64,000 bases of DNA, taken from the IMG/VR virus record IMGVR_UViG_3300009008_000002, one strand, 5' to 3'. Every line of letters starts with the position of its first letter. Position 1 is the first letter of the stretch. The position numbers and the translations under genes are program-made. The stretch comes from a virus. Lineage: Duplodnaviria > Heunggongvirae > Uroviricota > Caudoviricetes. Shown piece after piece: positions 1 through 9,451 of the stretch. A model generated the notes under the pieces. That model ran no database searches. It was not told the origin of the DNA and worked only from the letters and a program-made list of their open reading frames with translations.

Positions 1-217
1 TGCTTCGGACCTGGGCAATCTTCACGTCGATGGCCTTGCCATCCAACGTAATCCGGTTTTCCGGCTTCGACCGCTTGTTACGGCCAGCCAGCACGTTCTT
101 CACCTTGGCGGTCGGGAACAACACGCCATACTGGTTCAACACCTTGCGGATACGCTCGGCATCGCTGACCTTGCGGGCCTTACCCTTCGGACGACCTACG
201 CTTCGCTTCGCACTCAT
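1..217 (-). CDS. Basic, putative DNA-binding protein (3' part outside window)
   Basis: ATG at 217 after GAGGTG RBS; MSAKRSVGRPKGK with AT-hook-like GRPKG; open to window edge. Confidence 0.6.
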   Translation of the reverse strand, partial: MSAKRSVGRPKGKARKVSDAERIRKVLNQYGVLFPTAKVKNVLAGRNKRSKPENRITLDGKAIDVKIAQVRS

Positions 218-292
218 TCTTCACCTCATCGGTTTGGGTTTGGGAAACTCTCGACTTGCTCTCTACGACTCTAACTCCAATTTTAGTTGAAT

Positions 293-472
293 TTATGAAG
301 CCGTGATCGGAATATTAGATGACGGCAACCTAAATTCAACGGTATCGTCTTCCTTCAAAACTCTCGCCTCACTTACCCGTTTTCCATTGATATACGGATA
401 ACCAAGTCGCTTGCCTTTGTAGACCCTCGACAGAGTTTTTCTAAGTTCGGCTATCGTTGTTCCTTCGATCAT
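293..472 (-). CDS. 59-aa ubiquitin-like (beta-grasp, MoaD/ThiS-like) protein
   Basis: Hand-translated: MIEGTTIAELRKTLSRVYKGKRLGYPYINGKRVSEARVLKEDDTVEFRLPSSNIPITAS; INGx(8)LxxxDxVEF pattern; below track cutoff. Confidence 0.5.
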   Translation of the reverse strand: MIEGTTIAELRKTLSRVYKGKRLGYPYINGKRVSEARVLKEDDTVEFRLPSSNIPITAS

Positions 473-478
473 GTTTTT

Positions 479-1024
479 CTAGTGACCGTAGGCAATCACT
501 TTAATTGGGTTGTCGGGGAAAGTGTGTTTGATGGCAAAAAGCAGTTTTAACAACCACCGGAAGCGCCGATAGTCTTCTTTTTGTAGCTCTTGCCGAATTG
601 CCTGAATTACATCGTCGCAATCCATCACAGCCAAAGCATCGCCATAGCAATCTTCGGTAATGGTGCCATCCTCAATGGCATTCGACAGCTTTTGAATTTC
701 GTCTGCCGACCTTAAAGGATGTTCAAGATGAACGGAATCTCCATACCGTTCTTTAATTTGCTCCTGCGCTTCGGCAATTGGTTTGACTTCCTCACGAATA
801 AAATCCACAGCTTCCTGTTGCCTATCAGGATTAAATGCCCACAATCCCCAGCGCCTCTCACCTTCTGCTGGACGTGAACGCCGAATTAAACCCATCAGCG
901 CACCATCGCCAAGTTTACAAAGTTCAACCATGCCCAAGACACCACCCGTGAGCGGCCACTCTTCACTAAGGCCACGTTCAAACAAGTATTCTTGAACAAT
1001 GTAGGCTTTGATTTCGTATCCCAT
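479..1024 (-). CDS. Hypothetical protein
   Basis: Track ORF 479..1078; ATG at 1024 with GGAGAG RBS preferred; ends in TAG. Confidence 0.7.
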   Translation of the reverse strand: MGYEIKAYIVQEYLFERGLSEEWPLTGGVLGMVELCKLGDGALMGLIRRSRPAEGERRWGLWAFNPDRQQEAVDFIREEVKPIAEAQEQIKERYGDSVHLEHPLRSADEIQKLSNAIEDGTITEDCYGDALAVMDCDDVIQAIRQELQKEDYRRFRWLLKLLFAIKHTFPDNPIKVIAYGH

Positions 1025-1078
1025 TGTTCTCTCCATCAGTTTGGGTTTGTCTAAAATCGTCGCCCCAATTTTAGACAC

Positions 1079-1108
1079 AAAAAAAGCCCGGCAAAGCCGG
1101 GCTTTTTT
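1079..1108. terminator. Bidirectional intrinsic terminator
   Basis: A-tract, GCCCGGC-AAA-GCCGGGC, T-tract. Confidence 0.85.
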
Positions 1109-1120
1109 CTTCTGATCGAG

Positions 1121-1318
1121 TTACATTATTTCATTGACGCATTTGTAACACAAAAGGGTTACTGTATCGCCTTCGTTCTTCGGTTTAGAATTAACCTCAC
1201 GGCAACGCATGGGTTCCTTGCATCTTTCACAATCAACCTCGACCCACCCTTCCTCTAGTGGTCCGTGACATTCTATCACGGGTGAGCCTACTGTGAGTTC
1301 TCTGATTCCGTCTGACAT
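1121..1318 (-). CDS. Small Zn-ribbon protein
   Basis: CERC and CYKC pairs. Confidence 0.6.
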   Translation of the reverse strand: MSDGIRELTVGSPVIECHGPLEEGWVEVDCERCKEPMRCREVNSKPKNEGDTVTLLCYKCVNEIM

Positions 1319-1761
1319 GGTTCTTTTTCTTCCACAACAGGTTCTTCAGTCGGGGCCTCATCCTCTGTTGCCTCTTTGGCTTTTTCGTCCAAGAGTTCGT
1401 TGATGATTTCGTCGGTCGTCGGCTTTTTGTCACGCTTTTTATAAAGACGCTCAATTGAGGGGTTGCAATCCATAATTCCCCCCTCTGGGGACGACCAGAC
1501 GAAATAACTATGCCGGATCAGAGGAACCCGCTCTGTTCCACTGTAAAGGCCCAGCTTTGGTTTCTCCATGCACCACACGTTGACTCGATACCGATTATCC
1601 CAAAGGTGGTTGACTTCCACTTCCTTCAAATTCGTCGGTTTTCCCAACTGAGCAAGCACAGCCATAGCAATAGGCACTGACAGATCAGCGGCTTTCTTCT
1701 CTTTTTTATCTTCCTTGGGTGCCTTGGGTGGCTCTTTGCTTGTAGCAGGCTTCTTCGACAT
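1288..1761 (-). CDS. Hypothetical protein
   Basis: AGGAG RBS; upstream promoter at 1796-1823. Confidence 0.75.
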   Translation of the reverse strand: MSKKPATSKEPPKAPKEDKKEKKAADLSVPIAMAVLAQLGKPTNLKEVEVNHLWDNRYRVNVWCMEKPKLGLYSGTERVPLIRHSYFVWSSPEGGIMDCNPSIERLYKKRDKKPTTDEIINELLDEKAKEATEDEAPTEEPVVEEKEPCQTESENSQ

Positions 1762-1795
1762 GTGCTATTTCTCCTATGGACAGTTGCCAGTCACC

Positions 1796-1823
1796 ATTAT
1801 AGTTGAATCTGGCCTACTGTGAA
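1796..1823 (-). promoter_or_regulatory. Early sigma70-type promoter TTCACA-N16-TATAAT
   Basis: One of five matching copies with an identical 16-nt spacer. Confidence 0.7.
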
Positions 1824-2389
1824 GGGACAATCCTAATCATCGCTTTGTTTGTCCAATATTTAAAAGACTTTTCCAATGCCGCCTCAAATTCCTCTGGCGA
1901 CATATTAGTTTTGGTGCCACCATCACTTCCAAAGTGATTGTGCATCAGTGTGATCGGATTAATTGGGGCATCAGTTTCTTCATCGGGGAAGGCATTGATG
2001 GCAATAATTTCCCAATCAGCATCCGTTTCTGCATCGTCGTCTTCAGCCAACGTGTCATGCGAATACAAAATAATATCCACTGACTTAGCTTCTGGCTTGC
2101 CCAACCAATCTGGTCGCTCGACTCGCATTTCAATACGGGGCGTTTCACCTTCCTGGCGGGATTTATATTCACCGACCAGTTTATCACCTGCCTCTAGGAC
2201 AGTGACGGCAGAATAAAAGTGTTGTGGAGGAACAGGCACCACCAAGACACCATCACGGTAGCCGGGTTTGGCCTGATCGAAATTCTCCCGAACCAGTTCG
2301 ATAAGTTCATCTACCGAACCCTCGAAATGGGAGAAATCGCTATCGGGAGTCTGCCGGGTTACAAGAGAATGAATTGCGAATGTTGGCAT
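1814..2389 (-). CDS. DUF3228-family protein
   Basis: GYRDGV, VDIILYSH, WEIIAIN and PxxPITLMxN.FG.xGGT motifs. Confidence 0.75.
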   Translation of the reverse strand: MPTFAIHSLVTRQTPDSDFSHFEGSVDELIELVRENFDQAKPGYRDGVLVVPVPPQHFYSAVTVLEAGDKLVGEYKSRQEGETPRIEMRVERPDWLGKPEAKSVDIILYSHDTLAEDDDAETDADWEIIAINAFPDEETDAPINPITLMHNHFGSDGGTKTNMSPEEFEAALEKSFKYWTNKAMIRIVPSQ

Positions 2390-2397
2390 TAAATACC

Positions 2398-2628
2398 TCA
2401 GCTAAAGATTATGGCAGTTGCGATCCAAAGAAGCGACAGTAATGCTATCAAATAACCTGTCAACTCACAAGCCTTGACGAAGGTATCGAGTTTGAATCGA
2501 CGCCTTCTGTATTGATTATATCTGTCTGGATCTGACAACTGCCTATCCCAATGGAAGAACAACATCACGGGGATAGTAGCTGGCGCTACGAACCAGAAAC
2601 CGACAAATATAAAAAAGGCTTTGATCAT
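2398..2628 (-). CDS. Small membrane protein
   Basis: Two hydrophobic segments. Confidence 0.6.
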   Translation of the reverse strand: MIKAFFIFVGFWFVAPATIPVMLFFHWDRQLSDPDRYNQYRRRRFKLDTFVKACELTGYLIALLSLLWIATAIIFS

Positions 2629-2716
2629 TTTGGGTAAGGATTCCGCATTATGTCAGCCACAAGGATTAGAACACCAACAAAAGTCACACTCATTGCGATA
2701 GTTTGAGCATCCATGT

Positions 2717-2750
2717 AAAACCCCCCTTCCTTGGAGTAAAGTTGGGGGGT
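2717..2750 (-). terminator. Intrinsic terminator
   Basis: C6/G6 stem followed by TTTT on minus strand. Confidence 0.55.
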
Positions 2751-2761
2751 CAACTACAATT

Positions 2762-3082
2762 TTAGTCTTCAAGCGCGAACAATTCCTGCTCGATTTCTTC
2801 TCGTTTCTTCGCTTGTTTGCTGAAGTTGATGTAATCTCCCGCCTTGCCTTCCTCATCCACCTTTTGTAGAAGGACCATATTGGGAGTAGCGTTGCGCCTC
2901 GTTAGTTTGCGGAAGTTGAATGCGGTCGTTTCATAGGCTTCTTCCCCAGTCCACCAAGACGCATCATCTTCTTTGGTTTCATTTAATTCTTCCCATGAGG
3001 GGGTAGAATCATTGCTTTTTTGAACGACGCAACCAACCCAGCCGGTTCTGGGGATACTTGTTACCTGGACTCTCAAAATCAT
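2762..3082 (-). CDS. Hypothetical protein
   Basis: ORF track; tight packing. Confidence 0.7.
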   Translation of the reverse strand: MILRVQVTSIPRTGWVGCVVQKSNDSTPSWEELNETKEDDASWWTGEEAYETTAFNFRKLTRRNATPNMVLLQKVDEEGKAGDYINFSKQAKKREEIEQELFALED

Positions 3083-3083
3083 G

Positions 3084-4259
3084 TTATGAACTCCATGCTA
3101 GGACGTATTTCTCTGGATCACCTTGATCCATTACCCAATCACAAGTTTCTGCTACGATTTGTAGGGCTTTAAAATACCATTCAAAGCCACTGTCATTCTG
3201 GTAAACGGCATACGTTGCGGGCAATTTTTCATCCACAAAGAACCTTTGACGCATACCATTTATAAACCCTAAGACTCTGAATCCATTTTTGCCAAAATGG
3301 AATTCACCATTTCGGTTAGAATAAATTCCTGAATCCCAGTTATCTCTTGCAATCCAATCACCTTCCTCTGGTCCTGTGGAGATTATGTAATAGGTGCAAG
3401 GGATATGGCTCACTGGGGCTACATCATCGTTGGCTGCTGCTGCATTAAACAGCGCCGTTTCCATATCTGTAACTTCCCTTACTCCTGTTACGATGCCTCT
3501 CACGACAACAGGTTCATCAAAAATTAAATCTCCGTTTTGAGTTTGATCCACGTCCCGACATTGGAGGTAGGCTTCCAACGCTTCACATTTCTCCCCTACT
3601 TGACAATGGGGATTGAATGTTGTGAAAGACACTCGCAAAACTTCAAACGGCCCATATTCCACATCACCGGGGCTATGCTCTAAGAACCGTTTGTATTCCT
3701 CTTCAAATGCCGCCAGTGCGGCCTCTTCTGTTTTAATTGGACTTTCTGGAAGTGGCCCACTAAACTCGTTGTATCTCGATTCCAACACCGAGAAACAACC
3801 ATCCTCCAATTTTTCCTTCCATTCGCTCACCAGTTGATTGATTCGTCCCCTGGCAATTGCCCAATCAGGACAGAAGCAATATTCTCTATCCTCTGGAGGT
3901 TGGAACACCCAATATAAATCTCGGCCCCCCAATTGTTCCTGCATAATGCTGTTCAAGCCACCATCGTTGTAGGAGCTACGAAAGTAACCAATTTTAAACA
4001 TGTGGTCGGGGTCAATTGTTGACGGCTCTTCGATTCGCTTAGCTTGTCCCTCGTCATCGACAGAACCCCATTCGTCTACTCCGTGATCACGATTCCATTC
4101 GTGAATCCTATCCCGCGCCTCGTTTTTTTGTTCCTCCGTACATTCATCGTATTTGGGATATTCCGCCCAGATTTCCTCCGACTTTTTACTAGCCGCCGAT
4201 TCTTTAGCCTGAACGGCATCGTAATCGTCGTACCATTTTAAGTACACATCGAGTCCCAT
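3084..4259 (-). CDS. Hypothetical protein (MGLDxY N-terminus)
   Basis: Long ORF; ATG at 4259 after GAGGT. Confidence 0.8.
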   Translation of the reverse strand: MGLDVYLKWYDDYDAVQAKESAASKKSEEIWAEYPKYDECTEEQKNEARDRIHEWNRDHGVDEWGSVDDEGQAKRIEEPSTIDPDHMFKIGYFRSSYNDGGLNSIMQEQLGGRDLYWVFQPPEDREYCFCPDWAIARGRINQLVSEWKEKLEDGCFSVLESRYNEFSGPLPESPIKTEEAALAAFEEEYKRFLEHSPGDVEYGPFEVLRVSFTTFNPHCQVGEKCEALEAYLQCRDVDQTQNGDLIFDEPVVVRGIVTGVREVTDMETALFNAAAANDDVAPVSHIPCTYYIISTGPEEGDWIARDNWDSGIYSNRNGEFHFGKNGFRVLGFINGMRQRFFVDEKLPATYAVYQNDSGFEWYFKALQIVAETCDWVMDQGDPEKYVLAWSS

Positions 4260-4320
4260 AACTGACCTCATCATACGCATCAAACATTTTTAGTCCCTCC
4301 ATACGCTTCGACTACTACTA

Positions 4321-4644
4321 CTACTCCGGGTATTTTCCCTTAAAATACAAGTAAGCAGCCAACGCTGCCTCTCGCATTGTCATTCCTTCCGGGTCTTCCT
4401 CAGTCCCACCGTAACAGTGGCATGTTCCCTTTTGGTGTCCCACGCTTCCAACGATACTGCGAAGAAAACACTCCAGGTGCCAGTATGAGTCTGTTATTTG
4501 ATCAGACCCAACAAAGTCCATAACTTGCCCAACATCCCCATCTACAATTTCTTCTCCACACCAGCTACACTCACACCCCACAGGTGTAGGGACAATTTCC
4601 AGATCATCGTGGTGGTCGTAACCAAATACTCTAACTGGATTCAT
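4321..4644 (-). CDS. Cys/His-rich small protein
   Basis: CSWC and HLEC motifs; ends in four tandem TAG codons. Confidence 0.7.
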   Translation of the reverse strand: MNPVRVFGYDHHDDLEIVPTPVGCECSWCGEEIVDGDVGQVMDFVGSDQITDSYWHLECFLRSIVGSVGHQKGTCHCYGGTEEDPEGMTMREAALAAYLYFKGKYPE

Positions 4645-5059
4645 CGTCCCGCTCCGGTTTTGTTATCAAGCCACACGCAACATCCCAAGCCAACTGCCAT
4701 CTTTCTTCTTCGGGTTCACTCTCTTTGAACCACGAAGGATCAAATTGAGCGTAACACTCTCGCACTTGCTCTGGTGTCATCCAAGCAAGTTCGTCAAATA
4801 ATTCTTCTGCGTATTCATTTCGCCTTTGAATGCCACCATAGAAATTCTCTTGCCACATGCGTTGCATTCGACCATACCAACTAATCAACCAGATCAACAG
4901 CCCGCCAGCGATTAAACTGACTGCCCAACCTACAATCGACCAACCACCGCTCCACAATCCGTTGTGTTTTAAGATGTTCACCCCAATGATAATGAACATC
5001 ATTAAAATACAAACTTGTGGAAAGATGCTCACATGGTAGTGTGCAAATAATTCCATCAC
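4631..5059 (-). CDS. Membrane protein
   Basis: Two N-terminal TM segments. Confidence 0.7.
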   Translation of the reverse strand: MMELFAHYHVSIFPQVCILMMFIIIGVNILKHNGLWSGGWSIVGWAVSLIAGGLLIWLISWYGRMQRMWQENFYGGIQRRNEYAEELFDELAWMTPEQVRECYAQFDPSWFKESEPEEERWQLAWDVACGLITKPERDDESS

Positions 5060-5214
5060 ACGCTCAAGTCTACTTGTAATTTTTCGGCCAGTCCCAACGC
5101 AAAATCATGCGCATCCTCACAGTAAACCAAATCTGTGCGAATGTCTTCAATTAAATCCCGCATCTGCTCTGCGGTCATTTCGTCAAGTTCAGGCCACTCA
5201 AGTTTTCCTGCCAT
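5056..5214 (-). CDS. 52-aa hypothetical protein
   Basis: Hand-translated MAGKLEWPELDEM...; coupled by TAATG and GTGATG overlaps. Confidence 0.6.
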   Translation of the reverse strand: MAGKLEWPELDEMTAEQMRDLIEDIRTDLVYCEDAHDFALGLAEKLQVDLSV

Positions 5215-5786
5215 TATTCAGGCACTCCCATGCTTTTTGTAGAATGTCCCCTTGGTGGTCCTGGTTTCTCTGCCCAATATAAAACTGGGGCATCGAATGC
5301 GTCACCAGACCACGCACCATTCGGGGCTTCATTGCTAACTCTTTCTCCTGGTCCCCTTCTCAAATCATGCCATATTCTCAAACCCCAACCCGCTTTATAT
5401 TCATTCTCCATCCAGACCAAATACTCCCCGATCCCGTCTTCCGGCTCCGGTTGCACAGTCGGAAATGGATGGATTGTGATACCCCTGTTGGCTTGTGCAT
5501 GACCGGCCCTTGCGACAGTTAAATGATTCATACGCATCATTGCGTAATCACGCTTCCTGTCATTCATTAATTTCATGGCAGCTTCCGACATGGAACACCA
5601 CCAATCAGCAGGGGCGCTATAGTCAGCCCACCAATAATACGCTAAATCCTCCCATGCCTTTTCAGGCTCCCGTTCCAAATTAAATTGGAAATTTTCTTCC
5701 TGGTCTTCATCATCCCAAGGAATATTCTCGGCACATTGTTGAAGGATTCTAACAGCATCACGTTCCAACAATTTGGTCCCGTCCAT
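5214..5786 (-). CDS. Hypothetical protein
   Basis: ORF track; GGAG RBS. Confidence 0.75.
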   Translation of the reverse strand: MDGTKLLERDAVRILQQCAENIPWDDEDQEENFQFNLEREPEKAWEDLAYYWWADYSAPADWWCSMSEAAMKLMNDRKRDYAMMRMNHLTVARAGHAQANRGITIHPFPTVQPEPEDGIGEYLVWMENEYKAGWGLRIWHDLRRGPGERVSNEAPNGAWSGDAFDAPVLYWAEKPGPPRGHSTKSMGVPE

Positions 5787-5787
5787 T

Positions 5788-5982
5788 TTAATCTCCGACT
5801 TGTTTGTTGTGCATCTTGCCCATTAACTCTTTAAGGTAAAGAGCGTGCTTCTCATACCAAGCCTTCTTATTGGCGTCCTCCTCAAAAGCAGCCGCCTCGT
5901 TCATTCGACAGGCTTCCGTGTGAATGCAGTCCATGATATTCTCTGCATCTATATCATCAACTGTGAAATCGAAATGGATCAT
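5788..5982 (-). CDS. Hypothetical protein
   Basis: ORF track; coupled overlap. Confidence 0.65.
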   Translation of the reverse strand: MIHFDFTVDDIDAENIMDCIHTEACRMNEAAAFEEDANKKAWYEKHALYLKELMGKMHNKQVGD

Positions 5983-6509
5983 TCTGACGCCTCTTTTAAT
6001 TTTTGTTCAACGTCTTGTAGGTTGATAGGCGTCTGTTCCCAAGGCCAATCTTCCTCAAAGGGGCGCTGCTTGGACCCCATAGCATTACAAACTTCCTGAT
6101 CATCGGAAATAAGCTGCTCGTTGAATCCTAGACCCAAGCGAAAAGCCGGGTCAGAGAACACGAAAAGATGGTATTGGTTGGAGGCATCCACACAACGGGA
6201 TTGTGCGGGGTATAATTCTATCGCCTCACATTCTGGCCCGACTAACTCATTTTTAATTCTTTGGAAATGCCGCCAGTCATGTCTTGCACTTTGGTCATTT
6301 GATTTAATAGACAAATAAACCATGTTGGGCGGCTGATCAACACAATCATCCTTCGGCATGACTTCACGGATGATTACCTGATAGAAATTATTTCTTACAA
6401 CCCGAACACTGCGCACACTGCCGCTCATGGCTTTCAACGTGTCTGTGTCGATTCCATCGGTTACGTCGAGCCACGGCCCCCACTGCTTCAGTAATTTATT
6501 TCTTTTCAT
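5979..6509 (-). CDS. Conserved phage protein (DUF7694-like)
   Basis: HDWRxFQRIKNELVGPExEAIELYPA...NQYHL motif. Confidence 0.65.
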   Translation of the reverse strand: MKRNKLLKQWGPWLDVTDGIDTDTLKAMSGSVRSVRVVRNNFYQVIIREVMPKDDCVDQPPNMVYLSIKSNDQSARHDWRHFQRIKNELVGPECEAIELYPAQSRCVDASNQYHLFVFSDPAFRLGLGFNEQLISDDQEVCNAMGSKQRPFEEDWPWEQTPINLQDVEQKLKEASE

Positions 6510-6532
6510 TTTTCGGCAACTGATTGAAAGGT

Positions 6533-7333
6533 TCAGCCATTTTGATCACACAGTTTTAGTGCCCTTTTGAACGTGTCGATAGAGCATCCCCTTTCCGCAT
6601 GGGGGTTTGTAAACCTCTCTATCATTTCCTGGTCCCCCAATTTTTGTGGGAAACTGATAAGAGCATCCTCTTCTGCCTTACGGCACATGACTTTGCCTTG
6701 GCGAATGAAATACTCGACAAGTGGATAGGTTTGTTCCTCGCACTGTTCGCCCGACAGCAATTGGCAATGCAATGTTAAAAACGGGAAAGCCTTGGCAATT
6801 ATTTCCCACTCATTAAAAACATCATCCATGCCCGGCCACTTACCTATGTTGTAGCTGTTGCAACCGATGATGCCATACCAATCACACCAACCTTTGGGAC
6901 CACCAACATAACAAGAGGCAATATGGTCATTATGCAAGTATTCTAAACCCAGAATACCATACTTTTCTCTTGCTTGACCAATCGAATTATAATCAGGGCG
7001 AAGCCAACCATTTTCTATTTTAAATTCAATCCCCGCCGCCTCATATAATTGTTGCTCCCAATCCTTATCGTTCGTGCTAAACCACATGTCGCCCGTGCGT
7101 ATGATAATTTCCATAGCCTGCTGTGGAGTAACATTTTCACCCACAACAATGAAAGCGGGCCATTTTGGTAGCCCCACGCTGACTTCAGACCTGCAATCTG
7201 AGCAATAACCCTCGAATTGAACAATGTCGCCATTCTCATCCCGGCCAGGCGCAATGTCTTCCCAGACAATTGTAGAACAACTATCACAAACAACAGCGCC
7301 TCGACCACCATTGAATTTAAAAGCCATATGCAC
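6533..7333 (-). CDS. Hypothetical protein with N-terminal Zn ribbon
   Basis: CDSC...CSDC. Confidence 0.75.
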   Translation of the reverse strand: MHMAFKFNGGRGAVVCDSCSTIVWEDIAPGRDENGDIVQFEGYCSDCRSEVSVGLPKWPAFIVVGENVTPQQAMEIIIRTGDMWFSTNDKDWEQQLYEAAGIEFKIENGWLRPDYNSIGQAREKYGILGLEYLHNDHIASCYVGGPKGWCDWYGIIGCNSYNIGKWPGMDDVFNEWEIIAKAFPFLTLHCQLLSGEQCEEQTYPLVEYFIRQGKVMCRKAEEDALISFPQKLGDQEMIERFTNPHAERGCSIDTFKRALKLCDQNG

Positions 7334-7682
7334 ACTCGCCGCAACGGTGACGTTTCATCACCTTGTCAAAGTAAACTTGAGCGCCACAATTGGAACACTC
7401 AATTGTTGTCCATTTAATGGGGCGCGGCATTGGGTCTACACCATACCCTGTTATTTCATCGTCACCCTGTATCCAGCCTTCTTTGTATTCGCCCGTGCCC
7501 AAGGCATTTTCAACAATACGCTGGGCCACTGCTGTAAGTTCAGGACTGTCCCACGCATCAATTTGGGTTATTCCACCAACAAGACGACGCCATTCAGCAT
7601 CAGACGGCTCCTCTATTCGCTTTCCGTTAAAATAAAGAGGCTCTTCTTCACCCTTAACAAGCAGGAAATCAACTGTTATCAT
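7317..7682 (-). CDS. Hypothetical protein with C-terminal Zn ribbon
   Basis: ATG 7682 preferred; CSNC...CGEC. Confidence 0.65.
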   Translation of the reverse strand: MITVDFLLVKGEEEPLYFNGKRIEEPSDAEWRRLVGGITQIDAWDSPELTAVAQRIVENALGTGEYKEGWIQGDDEITGYGVDPMPRPIKWTTIECSNCGAQVYFDKVMKRHRCGECAYGF

Positions 7683-8340
7683 CGGGCACCGCCCCGTCTC
7701 TGGTTTCCTTGTTAGCTGGTGGTTTTGGCTTAGTAGGTTCACGCACCACCCTGTAGGTCCAACCGGGTGCTTGATCCATATTAAATTGACCATGACCACT
7801 TACTAACTGGTCACGTAAGGCGAACAAATCTATAAATGTCTGCGCTCGCCTCTTGTTCTCACTACCCATATCCCTGTGGTATCGTCTCACTTCAGGGTGG
7901 TCAACACCCTTGGCATGAACCATATTAACAAACCGAATGATAACTGGCTCTTCCTCAGAATTAACACCAACTATTATGATAAAGCCGGTAATGCCACCAA
8001 ACACCAGCCCCACATAAACGAAAACGTGAATAGGACCAGTTGTAGGCATCCAATCACCCTTGCGGTATTTAATTATGCGGGGATTATGAGCAAGAGGGAT
8101 GTTTTCGTCAGCCCTCTCAAATAACGTGCCTGTAGTTCCGTAGCCCACTTCTGCCAATTCCTCAAGCGTAGGTTCAGCGCTCGTAACCAACGTAGGCTTC
8201 ACATGGATTTCGTAAACACGGATGGTCCGTTGATAGACGTAATAATCAATACAGGCACCAAATGTCCCGAAAACCGCAACCACCAACAGGAACATGAACG
8301 CCTGCATGACATACTTTACCAACTCATTTCTGGACTGCAT
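7669..8340 (-). CDS. Two-TM membrane protein
   Basis: ATG 8340 after GGAGG; two hydrophobic helices. Confidence 0.7.
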   Translation of the reverse strand: MQSRNELVKYVMQAFMFLLVVAVFGTFGACIDYYVYQRTIRVYEIHVKPTLVTSAEPTLEELAEVGYGTTGTLFERADENIPLAHNPRIIKYRKGDWMPTTGPIHVFVYVGLVFGGITGFIIIVGVNSEEEPVIIRFVNMVHAKGVDHPEVRRYHRDMGSENKRRAQTFIDLFALRDQLVSGHGQFNMDQAPGWTYRVVREPTKPKPPANKETRDGAVPDDNS

Positions 8341-8356
8341 TTTTAATCCTCCGCTG

Positions 8357-9451
8357 TTATATTCCTCGCTTGGCATCTTCATTTTTAAAGAATTTTTCAG
8401 TCTCTCGCCAAGCATCATAACCATAAACGCCAAGGGGATTTCGCTCGCATAAATCCCTGCGAGTGCGTTCCTTCTCTTTCGTTTTGTCTTCCTTCCACAT
8501 CTCGGCATATCGCCTCATTGCTCGCTCTGCTCGCAATCGAAGCCTCTTTCCGCCCGCTTGTTCGACGGTTTTAAGAACCTTCTTGCGAACGTGATCGTAT
8601 TCATAGAAGCTCTTGCCCATTTGTAGAGTTGCATCAAGCCTAGCAAGCCGTAGTTCACGGTCTTGACCCCACAAATGTGCTTCTCCCTGGCGATCAGCTA
8701 AGTCTTGTGCGTAAGCTACTCTGAGAGCCAGAACCTTGTGAATCTCACACACGTCCTGCATAGGCTTTCGCATCCACCTTGCCATATCGTGATGGATATT
8801 ATGTTCAGACAAGATGCGAATTACAAAGTCATATTTATCTTCTTGGTATGGGTAGCTGCCACCACCATACAAGATTCCTATGATTTGGTTGAGAACATAA
8901 GCCTGCGAAAATGCTCCCCGTTGTGTGAAAGCAGTGAAACATTCACCCATGATATTACTGACAATCTTATCAACAACGCTGTATTGTGTCAGAAATTCAT
9001 CATTGTAACGTCGCAGAGCATAAATTAATTGCTCACACCACGCATAAATTTCATACACACCAGCTAAAGAATGTTCCCCAGCGTGCATCAGCAGGTGTTC
9101 GATATTACAATGCTCAACAGCATCAAATGGACGGCGACCTTCAAAATCAAACGGCCCTGGCTCATTAAAAACGCCTTCCAAATGATGACAAAGGCCCATT
9201 TCCCAAGGTGTAGATGGATCAGTGGTTGTCATAGGATTTGAGGCGCTTGACCCCATAATCCAGTGTAGACCATTAGATTGCTTGCCGAACAGCCCATGCC
9301 AAAGCTGACCCGTTAAGTCTCGCACGACTTTGAATTTCTCAAAATCATACGTGTCGTTTCGGGTTCGCTCTTCCCAACGCTCTACTACGCCGCAGATGCC
9401 CCGCACGGCGTAATACATTTTGGTTCGGCGTTCTTCGTTGCTAAGACCCAT
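8357..9451 (-). CDS. Hypothetical protein
   Basis: Long ORF. Confidence 0.8.
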   Translation of the reverse strand: MGLSNEERRTKMYYAVRGICGVVERWEERTRNDTYDFEKFKVVRDLTGQLWHGLFGKQSNGLHWIMGSSASNPMTTTDPSTPWEMGLCHHLEGVFNEPGPFDFEGRRPFDAVEHCNIEHLLMHAGEHSLAGVYEIYAWCEQLIYALRRYNDEFLTQYSVVDKIVSNIMGECFTAFTQRGAFSQAYVLNQIIGILYGGGSYPYQEDKYDFVIRILSEHNIHHDMARWMRKPMQDVCEIHKVLALRVAYAQDLADRQGEAHLWGQDRELRLARLDATLQMGKSFYEYDHVRKKVLKTVEQAGGKRLRLRAERAMRRYAEMWKEDKTKEKERTRRDLCERNPLGVYGYDAWRETEKFFKNEDAKRGI

